A stretch of 64,000 nucleotides of DNA from a virus, in IMG/VR virus record IMGVR_UViG_3300024339_000012, positions 1-64,000 of that record. One strand, 5' to 3'. Below, piece by piece: positions 12,482 to 24,900 of the stretch; position 1 is the stretch's first letter; each line of letters begins with the position of its first letter. The notes below the pieces were generated by a model. The model worked only from the letters and a program-made list of their open reading frames with translations. It did not search any database and was not told where the DNA came from. Made by a program: the position numbers and the translations under genes.

Positions 12482-12943
12482 ATGGAAGATGCAAACGTAA
12501 CTGATTTACCTCAGCCTAATACAAATACAACTCTTAGTGTCGATGACCTGATAATGGAAATCGGTAGGCAACACGTAGACAAAATGAGTGACAGTAAGGA
12601 AAAAAACCTATTCCTTAATGAAATATCCAGACTTAAAGCGAATCAAGCAGGTGCAGAGAAAAAGAGGCTTGATGCGAATACTTATGCTGAAGGGTTTAAA
12701 AAATCAAATGATCAGTATATAGCTAATAACCAAAAGCTGGATAAGGCATTAGTTGAACTTCGTCAGGAACTTAAAGTTGAAAAGAGTAAGATTACTGAAC
12801 TTGAGAATGTAAAAATTGTAAAAGGGAAAGAGATTATTGTAAAAGAAAAAGAGATTCAGGAATTAAAAAGCAAATGCGTTCTTCTCGAAAAACAAGTTAA
12901 GAAATTGACTCCTGCAGTAAAGAGGAAAAGAAATACAAAGTAG
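12482..12943 (+). CDS. Coiled-coil protein (possible fibre assembly chaperone)
   Basis: 153 aa, heptad-rich K/E/L sequence lying between two fibre genes. Confidence 0.4.
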   Translation: MEDANVTDLPQPNTNTTLSVDDLIMEIGRQHVDKMSDSKEKNLFLNEISRLKANQAGAEKKRLDANTYAEGFKKSNDQYIANNQKLDKALVELRQELKVEKSKITELENVKIVKGKEIIVKEKEIQELKSKCVLLEKQVKKLTPAVKRKRNTK

Positions 12944-12955
12944 TAATTAAATGTT

Positions 12956-15900
12956 ATGTCGAACACCATACAAATAAGGAGAGGCCCTTCAGCCTCGTTG
13001 CCAGTCTTGAACGCAGGAGAGCTTGGATTTGCAACTGATACGTATGGAACTTACATTGGCGACGGAGCCGCTAACCACGAACTTTTAAAAGTAGAACATC
13101 ACGAGTACGGAACTGCAGCTGGACAAATGTCCTTTTGGGATGGTAGTAAGTGGGCTCACACAGAAACATCAGAAGTCTTTTGGGATGATAGTAATAAGAG
13201 GTTAGGAGTAAATGAATTATCTCCTACTGCCAGAGTCCATATAACGGGGGATAATTGGGGAGCTGCTAACTTATCTGAGATGTTTGGTTCTAAAAGTTTT
13301 AGACTTCAAACGAGGATAGATTCAGAAAGTTCTATATTAATATCAACAACTGGCAGTTCTGTTATAGGAATACAGGCTGCAACATCAGCAAGTGTGACTT
13401 TTCCTATCACACTACAACCTTTTGGTGGGTATGTAGGTATTGGTACTGGAGTTACTGCTCCATTAGCCAAATTACACATAAACGGTGGAGTAGGTAGCCT
13501 TGCTACAGGATTAGCATTTGGTGATGGTAACACAGGTATTTATGAAAGCTCAGATAATATATTAACAATTGCTCTTGCTGGTAGCGATAAATTCAAATTT
13601 AATGACAGTTGGCTTAGGGGCACGGGTGGAAATCGTTCTGCAGCAATATATTATACTGTTGGAACATTAGCTAATCCCGTATACTCATTTGAAGGCGATT
13701 TTAATACAGGAGTAACAAGTTTTGCTTATGACCAACTCTCCCTTATAACAGGTGGAGTAGAAGCAATACGTATTGATGCTAGCCAGAATGTAGGAGTCGG
13801 AACAACAGCCTACCTTAGCTCTTACGGATTTCACATTAAAAATACCCCTGGAAGAATACGTATTTCTAATGAAGCCGATGTATCAGGAGGACAGTATCTG
13901 TTTTTGGGCAGCCCCAATTATGATTTAGTTAAAGTAGGCTCTGTTGTAACTACAGGAACGGGTAGCGCTTATCTTTCGGTATCTGTAGCGTTAGAGAACG
14001 TTATGCACGAAAGATTGATGATTAATCCATCAGGAAACGTATCAATAGGCAATACTAATAATGCTTATAAGTTAGATGTAGGTAGTGGTTCAGTATCAAA
14101 TGTGGCTTCCTTTACAGGAGATATTGGGGTAATGAATATTATAGGTGGTTATAAATTAGACTTCACGAGAGGTGGTGCTAACTATATAACTGCAACAAAT
14201 GGGGTAGGGTACTTATATTTTAGAACGGCTGGTGGAAATAATTCACTAAGGCTTAACGCTGATACATCTGCTTTATTTTACGATACGGTAACTATTAATA
14301 ATATACCAACATCAACTTCAGATTCCATCATAGTTGAGACTTCTGGAGTAATTCAAAAAAGGAACTTGTCTGAAATGATTACTGGTGACTTGGATAACAC
14401 CTACCTAAGATTAGATACAGCTAATGATCCTTTGACTGACTTATTGGAGATCACAAAACAAGGAGCAACGTCTACATATGTCTCTACTTTAAAGTTAACT
14501 AGTAGTGGAAGTTATGCATCCTCATCGCACGGTATTGATTTTTATAGTGCCACATCTGTTAATTCTGCTAAAATTAGTGTACTAAGGAATGGTTCGGATG
14601 ATAACTACCACCTAACCTTTTCGACCTATGGCACTTTGGATGTACTCACAGAAAGAATGCGAATATCTGATGATGGCAACGTACTAATAGGAACTACTAC
14701 AGATAGTGGATCTAAAATTACAATACAACAAACTTCCGATAGTAATGGTATACGTGTATATGGTTATGACGACCAATCAGGTAAGGATTCACGATGGTAT
14801 ATTAACAGTAGCGGTAATAGTTATCTTACAAGCTCAGGAGCATTAGCATTAGCGGTTAATGACGGAACAAGTGATTTAGCTCTTAGGGCAGGATCAACTT
14901 CAGGTATAGTTGATATTGATCAAGGTCTTGGTTTAAGAGTAAGAGACGGGAAGACAGTTTATATAGCAGGAACTACGCCCTTAGTATTCAATGGAACTAC
15001 AAGTAAAATATGGGGCTCTCTAGGGGTGGAGTTGTCTATACAAACTAGTCAATTAGCATTCAGGAACACTAGCGGTACTGTGATAATGTTGATGACGGGC
15101 GGTACATTCACAATGAAGAACGGAATGGATTTGGTACTTCATCATGACGCAGTGCTTGATATGGAAGCTGTCACCCTGCAACAAATGGAAGCTGCAGTAG
15201 CAACAGAAAACTTGTGGGACAGAGATAGCGCAGGGTTTTTATACCCTGCTACGGGGACAGACAAGGTAGTGGTAGGAGGTTCAACGCAAGTGAACTCAGA
15301 CTACCAGTTTCAAGTTAAGACAAGTGGTGCTCATGCTGCTATACTCCAAGGAGCAGGAGATACTTTCCTTACAATAAGGAAAGCAGGCACTCCTGATAAA
15401 GATTATAATATAGTAAACGAGGGTAACAGATTAACTTTCAGGAAAGATAATACTTCATTTGCCGGGTTTGGAAATACAGGAGGATTGGGTATAGGAACAA
15501 CTGCTGCATATCAGTCTCCTACTGTAAATCAACTGTGGGTAGAAGGCAACGTAGGAATAGGTACTACTAGTCCTGCCTATAAGTTAGATGTTAGTGGTAC
15601 AGGTAGATTTACAGGGACGATAAGTAGCACCAGTACAAATGGTTGGACTATAGGTAATTTAACTAATACAGCTAGAATTTATTATACATCGGGTTCAGGT
15701 TTATTCTCAGCTTTAACTCATTGGAATTCTTACGCAACTTTAGCTGTAGGAAATGCTACAGTAAACGGCCAGTTAACAGTTACCACGATTAACAATGCTG
15801 CAGATACTGTAGAAAATATCCTCGTAGAAGATAGTGGAGTTGTTAAATATCGCACAATCTCTAGTGTTATAGGAGACGAACTTGATTCTGTTTACCTAAG

Positions 15901-18900
15901 ACTCGATACAGCTAATGATCCACTAACAGGAAACCTTGAAATTAGAGGCGCAACAAACCCTTATTTATTGGTTAAAGACTCTACGAATAACTTAGAATTA
16001 TTACATCAAGCCTTTGATTCATATGCCATTGTTGGAACAGGAAATAACTATGCCTTTAGCTTATACCAAAACAGCACAAGGGTACTTACTATTGATACTG
16101 CACAAAATATAGGAATAGGTATCGCATCTGGGATAGACCAAAAATTACATATTGAAGGAACAGGAACTACCTTAACTCAAATAGAAACAACGGCTATTAA
16201 TACAGAATATACTGGAGTAAAGATTAAAACTCCTGTTGGTTACTGGGGATTATTTGTTGGAGCCTCAGCACATTCTACTATAGCAGGGGATTTAGGCTTT
16301 TATGATGGCGATGCAGGCGAGTACAGAATGACTCTTAAAGATTCAGGCAACCTCTTAGTTGGAACTACTACAGACAGTGGATATAAGTTAGATGTTAGTG
16401 GTAATGCTCAGATTGGTGATGGGGGTGGTGCTAGTGTACTGAATTTCAACAATACTAGTTACGGTGCAGTTCAATTTGCTGGGAATACAAGATTCGCAGT
16501 CAATAATATAGGAACAACATTTGGAACTGTTACTAATGATGGAGTTGGTCAAATCCAAGTTAAGTCAATCTCAGCAAGTAGGTACTTCGCTAACTTCTAC
16601 GCAAGTACAGGTAGTGGATTCGCTAAGTTCTACCAAGATTCAAATAATCATGTTGGGCTTTATATGGCTAACTCTGCTGGAACTTCGAATGTTTATATTA
16701 ACCCAGCAGGTTTTTCTTATTTCAAAGGTGGTAATGTAATGATAGGCGGCTCTGCTGACACTGGACACACCTTCCAAGTTAATGGTAACATGTCCATTGC
16801 AACAATAGCAAATGCAGCCGACACAGTAGAAAACCTCTTAGTAACAGATGGCGGAACAGTCAAGTACCGTACAATAGCATCAGTAATAGGAGATGAATTA
16901 GATAGTGTATATCTAAGACTCGATACAGCTAACGACCCGTTGACCGGAAGTCTAAGACTTAATCAGACAGCAGATAGTGTTGGTTATAGTGTATATGGCT
17001 ATGATGACAAATCTACAAGCTCAGCAACTATTTCTATTAATGCAATAGGACATACCGTTATAACCTCTACAGGAGACTTGCTACTAAACAATGCTGCAAC
17101 CAAACTTGGCATATTGGGAGTATCCAGTTATATATATAATCATAACTATGGTAGTGCTAACGGCAAGTTAACCTTTGATAACGCAAAAATTTATTTTGAG
17201 AATGCTAACGTAGGAATAGGGACAACTACTCCAGTCTTTAAAACTCAGATAAAAGGAGAAGCTGTAACTTTATTATCAATACATCGTCAAAATTCTGACT
17301 TATTAGAAACAAGTCCTGTTGGTATTTCTTTTGGAATGAGAGGTGATACAGGAAGTGGTTCAAGTGACCAAAGAGCAGGTATCTATTATGAATATAATGG
17401 AGATTTATACATATCAGCAAAGAACTCAGTAACTGATTTAGCTACATCTCCAAAGCAATATGCAAGAATATTTATAGACGGCAATAATGATAGAGTAGGA
17501 ATAAATACTACAGCTCCACAGGCGACATTCGATGTTAGATCTGCTTATAGCCACTTTGGAGCAAATTCTGGCGACTCATATTTTAAGGGTAATGAATTAA
17601 ATTTCGGATATTATGCCGGAGCTAACTATGTAGGTTATATAAATTGGAATGGTTATAATCATGGAACATCACAATTCAGAGATTTACATATTTCTGACGG
17701 TAAGAACGGTGTAATAGCTTTCTTTGATGGTTCTACTAAGGAAGTAGGATTCGGTACTGTTAATCCTGAAAGAGCAGTCCATGTATTGCACACTGACCCG
17801 TATATTTTAGTAGAACAAGCAGCTGCTTCAGGTAGTGCTGGAATGATGTTTCGTTCAGGCGATTCTACTGGATATACCATGATTCGTACAACTGACGGTG
17901 ATGATTTTCAGATTCTCACAAGAATAGGTGGTGATACACAAAGATTTAGAATAGCAGGAACAACTGGTTATGTAACAATAAACAATGTAGCCAATGCCCC
18001 AATAACAGATGATAACATATTAGTATGGGCAGCAGATAATAGTATTAAATACCGTACAGTAGCTTCTGTAATAGGTGATGAATTAGATAGTGTATATCTA
18101 AGATTAGACACAGCTAATGATGCTACATTAAATAGATTCGATTTATCAGGTACTTTTGCTGGCACAACAGTTAGTTCATTTACAAATCTAAGTGCTACTG
18201 GATATGGCTTGGGAGTACGAGCTGGGACAGGATCTTTATATGCTTTTAACGTTGTAGATTACTCTAATAGCTACGATATATTTACTGCCAAAGGTTCTGG
18301 TGAAATATATATGAAAGGCAACGTAGGTATAGGAACTACTAGTCCAGATACTAATTTGGAGGTTGAAACTGGAGGCCTAACTTATACAAGATTTACTGGT
18401 AATCGAGGCGATGGTAATGATTTACATATTGCTAACCTAGAGTTTAGCAATTCTTATACATCTGTAGGCGTAATAGCAGAGATAAGGGCTATAACTGGAA
18501 ATACAGGAACACAGAGTACTAAAGGTCAATTAGCATTTTATACAGACGATGGATTAACATATGCTGAAAGAGCTAGAATAGATAGCACAGGTAACGTAGG
18601 AATAGGTACTACTAGTCCTGATACATTATTACATCTATATAGAGCAAGTGGTGACACTTTCCTTAAGATTGAAAGCGTAGCATTGGGCGATCCAACAATA
18701 CTTTTCCAAAGTGGTAATGATAGATTAGGTGTTATTGATTTTAATGATGGAACAACTACTGCAAGATTTAACTTTGACCATAGTACTTCTAAGTTCGAAT
18801 TTAAACCTCGTAACAGTAGTACTGTAGATGCTTTTATAAGCGAAACCACAAATTACTTTGGAGGCAACGTAGGGATTGGAACAGCTACACCTGCTACTAA

Positions 18901-21900
18901 ATTAGATGCAGCAGGAACGATTAGAAGTACCGCCCAGACAATTCCTACAAGTGGAGCAGGAGTAGAACTTATTTATGATAATAGCACTGGATATGTAGTT
19001 TCGTACGATAGAACTGGTAGCTCTTATAAAGCACTACGATTGTATGGTAGTACAATAGCATTGATGGAGGGCAACGTTGGAATAGGAACAGCAAGTCCAA
19101 GGGGTTTGTTAGATATTACAACCACAGGTTCAGACGCTGAATTACATATCGGTACAACAACATACCCAGCCACAAACCTTATAATAGGGCATACTAGACG
19201 ATATAATTATTATGATGTAATAATAGGGAGAAATCTAAGCGGAACTGATGGTTCTGATGTATATAAAACGGTATATACACACTCTTCTGGTGGGTACAAT
19301 GGTATTGAATATAAAAATGGTTCAGATATAGTATTTTACGCATTTGATGGGGCTACTGTTGCAGGAGCTACTGTTGTTCCTACAGCTAGGATGATGATTA
19401 ATGGCAGTACCGGCAACGTCCTAATAGGAACTACTACAGATAGTGGATACAAGTTAGCTGTTTTAGGAACTAGTTTCTTCAGCGATGACATACAAATGTC
19501 TTCAGGCAAGAAAATCTATTTTAGAAGCGGAACGGACTGGTCAATTGGGCAAGAGCTAACACCGGTGGTTGGAGCAAGTAATGTAACAGACGGAGCATTG
19601 GTATTGGAGGTATACAACGTCGCTGCCCAAGGTTTACTAGTCAGAAACAATGGTAATACTGGTTTATTTGAAATTGGAGGAACTGGGATAATAAATATTC
19701 CCGTAACCCCAGCAGATGCAGGAGCTACTGATGAAGTTCTTAGGATAACAAGTGGTGGCGATATAGTTGCTAGTAGTGTAGCAGAACTTATAGGGGATAT
19801 GGGTTACTGGGATAGAACGGGTAGTACCCTTACACCCGCTACAGTAGGAGATGATATCTTAATGAGTGGAGGAGATTTCTATATCAAGACTTCTGGAGGT
19901 ACAGCAAGAGCACGATTAAGGGAATCAGGTGACTTATCTCTATATAATAGCGTGGGCACAGGAACAGTATTTATCTCAGGCGACCAAGGCACAGCATCTT
20001 ACATCAATAACGCCGGCAACGTAGGAATAGGCACTACTAGTCCTTTAGCTAAATTGCATGTTAAAGACGGTAACACTTTATCTTCGGCTTTAACAAACAC
20101 ATCTGCGCTTATAGAAGGATTTAGTCAATCAATACTTCAAATTGCTTCTCATAGTTCAGGTTATTCTCAGATAGCTTTTGGAGATCAAGACGATGGTTTT
20201 GATGGAGGTTTTATTTACAGCAATGCTTCAAGATATTTATCTATAGAAACTGCCAACGCTGAAAGAATGCGTATCACCTCTGGAGGCAACGTAGGAATTG
20301 GAACTACTAGTCCAGATTACTTATTGGATCTCTATAAGTCTACAGGAACATCCTCTTCTGCTACAGGTACTACACTACAACAATTGTGGAATTATGTAGG
20401 TAGTGATCTAAGTCAACAAAAGACATTTGTGGATTTTGTATTTCAAGATGATAACAGTAATGAATATCCTCAAGTAAGAATAGGGGCGGAAGTTGGTCAA
20501 AATGGAGACGCAAACAGTCTAGAAAAAGAAGGTAGCGGTGCCTTTGTTATATATACAAACAACGCTACAGGTGTTGGGCCTGGTACACCAACTGGTTTAG
20601 CGGAAAGATTTAGAGTTGATTATCAAGGCAACGTAGGAATAGGTACTACTAGTCCTGCCTATAAGTTAGATGTAAGTGGTTCAACACGTATTCAGACACC
20701 AGCCGCAGCAGGGTATGCTCATATCTTTAGTGATAATAATGGGGCAATCTATTCTTCAAATGGAGACTTACAATTTTATACAAATAATGCAGCGTATAAC
20801 ACGAGATTTTTTAGTGCTAACAAAGGAACGCCTTTACTTAATATTGCAGAGAGTGGTATTATTAATATAGCCACAACCCCAGCAGATGCAGGAGCTACTG
20901 ATGAAGTTCTTAGGATAACAAGTGGTGGCGATATAGTTGCTAGCTCAGTAGCTGAACTCATAGGTGATGCAATAGCTATTCCTGATACACAGATAGCCGT
21001 AGGTACTGGTACGGGTATAACAGGTAACGCTAATTTTATATGGAACGATTCTGCAGCAACATTCAGACATGGTACTGCAAATGAATTTAGTTCTACAATA
21101 TTCGGTTCAGTCTTTGTTCCAACAGGTGATGGTACAACAAACCTAACCTCAACAGGATTTACTGCCGCTGAGAAGTCACAGTATAAATTAAAAGTATTTA
21201 TTACCGGTGATACGAGTACACAAACTGGTGTAACATACCTGATCAGAAATGACAAAGCATATACTGCAGACCCCGACAATTTTACAATGAGATTAGTTTC
21301 TCGTTCAGGCTCAGCTTCCAATCATCTTAGAGCCGTAATAGATTCTTCAAGCGGTCTTGTAAGTGTTGCTCATTATCACCCATCTGCAACTTATACGTTA
21401 GCTTGGGAATTTGAAGAGTTAGGAACTAATAATGAAAATTCATTCCATTTATTCGGTGCTCATTATGGTTGGGTAAGAGATGTTAATACTTTATACTATG
21501 CCGAGGGCTCTGTTGGTATAGCTGTAACAGATCCAGAGGCGCAATTAGAATTAGGCGCACAATCAGGAAAGATATTTCAAGCTGGTATTACAAGCAATAA
21601 TTGGGCAGCTAACTATGCGCTTGGTCTTGTAAATGCTAATGGTATGTTGTTGAGTAAAAATGCTACTTCCAACAACTCATACAGATTATTCCTATTTTAC
21701 AGACATGATACTGCAGGAAATCAGTTTCAGATATATAATAACAGTAATGTAAACACTATTAACCTCAACGCTGCTGGGCATTCATGGCTTAATGGTGGAA
21801 ACATATCAATAGGTACGTCAACAGATAATGGTGAAAAGTTACAAGTATTAGGAGCAACAAGATTCGACTCATATAGTTTAACAGATCCTGACAGTACATC

Positions 21901-24900
21901 AAGAACAAACTACGCAGCTGCTCACATGTTTACTCATTATAATGAAGCTAATGGAGTTTCTATTATCGGTGGGGAAGGGGGTTTTGACGGTACTACTTTA
22001 ACGGTAGGAGAAGAAACAAGTGCAAGTTCAGCCTTTAATTTATTTAGGGCAATTGCAGATACTAATGGAACTCCAATAACACAGTTTGTTGTGAGAGGTG
22101 ATGGATATACTGCTATTGGGCAGACTACACCTATTGACCAATTAACAGTTAAGTCTGCTAATTCAACAGGTATCACTTTGATTGATGGGAACAGCCGTAA
22201 ATTTATTCTGCGAAAAAGAACTACGGATAACTCAGCGACAATGTATGTTGACAATGGAACTGAGAGGGCATTTATGGTAGTTGGGGAAAGCAATACTTGG
22301 ATGCATCTTAAATCCGATGTTGTCAGCCTAACATCTACACCAGCCGATGCAGGTTCTACAGATGAAATTTTGAGAATTACTTCTGCGGGAGCAATTGTTG
22401 GTTCAAGCGTTACCGAACTCGCTGGAGATATAGGATTAACAGGCAATTATGTTCTGAAGTCTGGTGACAGTATGCAAGGACATCTTGTAATGGATAACCA
22501 AGTTGAAATTAGAAGTAAAAATGCTGCGTTAGGAGAAAGAACCTGGTTCAGATATATTGGGGATGATACCCTTGAATACTGGAATAGTTCTGGGAACATA
22601 AATGTAAAAGGAACGGGAGCATATCTATTTACCGTTGAAAGAGATTTATGGGTAAGCACACCAAATCCATTAATAAAACTTAATGACACATCGGGTTCAG
22701 CGGCAGATGCCCTAATTCAAGTTGAGGATAGCGAATTTAAAATAGGAACTGGTTCTGTTCCCACAATGTTTACCCTTGACTTAACCTCTGATGTAGGGAC
22801 TGCTTATTTCTACGGAAATATTGGGTTGAAGACTACTCCTGAAGATTGGTACAGTGCTGGTTCTGTAATAGAAGCACCCAAGACATCTTTCTTTATGGGG
22901 AATGTTACTGACATACACATGAACAGTAATGTTTACATAGCTGCTGCTGGAGGATGGAAATATAAGTCCTCAAATAAAGCAGCAAATTATTATCAATATT
23001 TAGGAGAACATTTTTGGAGAGTCGCTGGTAGCGGATTAACAGATGCAGCGGTAAACTGGAACTACGCTATGAAACTCCATAACTCCGGAAATCTATCTGT
23101 AGGGAATCAAACAGATAGCGGATACAAAGTTGACATTAGCGGTTCTTTTAGAGCAGGGACTAACACCGAAATGATTATTTCAGGTTCATATCCTTATACA
23201 GCCTCTATTATTAATTCAGCAAATGCTGGAAATGTTTATTTCCAAGCAGGCTCAACATTAGAAACTAAAATAATCTTGGGTGGACCGACCCACGCTGATG
23301 CTGGATTAGGAATTTACACTAACGCTATTGAGCGAATAAATGTGAATCTCGCTGGAGATGTTAACATAACTAATAGGCTTCTTATTAATAACGCATCTGA
23401 TGCCGCTTTAGCCAAATTATTAGTTGGAGATGCAATGCATACAGGTTCAGCAGCAATAGCCCAATTCGCAGGATTTATTCGTGTGATTGACCAAATAGGT
23501 TTTCACGGAACTTCAAGTGGGGAAGCTTGGTTGGGTGTTGATGCGTCAGCCTCAGCTTTTGATATGGATAAAGTATTAATCCATCCTGCCGCAACAGACC
23601 CAACACACTCAGCTTTACTATCACAAGTAACAAGTGCTGTATCAGGAATGGTTACAGGCACAGGAACAGCCTCTTATATACCAGTTTGGCAAGATGCGAA
23701 TACATTAGGTAATAGTGCAATGACCTCAGATGCCACGTACATAAACGTATTAAGCAGAAGATTTAAGGTTTCTACAGGAACAGCTACACTTACTTTAGGA
23801 CAGTGGGACGGTACAAATAATAGAATAGAATCAGCAAATATGCCTCTGTTCTTAACAACCTATACAGGAACAATTAAATTGGGTTTACTCGGAAGTGTAG
23901 GATATGAAATGCAGGCTGGAAGTAACCACGACTTCAAAAGTGGTACAGCTACTTTTGGTGGGACGGTTAGTATAACAAAGGGTACTGCCCTTAGGCTAAT
24001 ATCTGTATCAGCAGGTACACCTGTGAATATGGGATTTTTTGATGGCTCAACAGAGAAATGGAGATTGTATAAAGAAACAAATAATCATCTTTATCTATAC
24101 AATCCAACAACAAGCAAATTTCCTTTCCATATAGATCCCAGCGATAATATGTTCCTTAACGAAGATGCAGGGAATCTTAATGTTGGAATTAATACAGACC
24201 AAGGTTATCAATTACACGTACAGGGAACATCTAATAGCTTGGACGTAATAACAGGAGGCTTAAGGGTTACCGATAATAAAGCTACTGGCTACATTGCAGT
24301 TAGTGATGGTTCTGGAAACCTTATATGGACTGATCCAAGTGCTTATATCTATACTCTACCTGTAGCATCAGCATCAGTATTAGGTGGTGTTAAAATATCA
24401 TATGTTGGTACTCCACAAGAAATACCATTAGAAATTGCTGGTACAGATAAAGCATATATTACATTAACTAAAGCTGGTATTGAAGCTGTACTCACAGGAG
24501 CAATAACAACACACACTCATGCCGGTGGTGTAACAATTAACAATAATGCAGATAATAGATTAATCACAGGTTCTGGCACAGCTGATACTCTAAACGGAGA
24601 ATCTACCTTAACTTATAATGGTTCATCATTATTCCTCTTAGATGCAGCTACTAATGCCACTATCCAAGTTCAAAGTAATGAAGCTTCGGTTAATGGAACA
24701 TCATTCGTTGCAAAACACAGTAGGGCTGGCTCTTACTTACTAAGTGGTGACGCAATAGGCTCTTTTAACATGTATGACAGTCATGGCCATACTGCAGGAA
24801 TGTCTGCATATGCCACTCAGAACCATGCAAGCAGTGATTACGGGTCTGAATTAAGATTTATGACTACTATCATAGATGAGCAAACTGCATCGCTTAGAGC

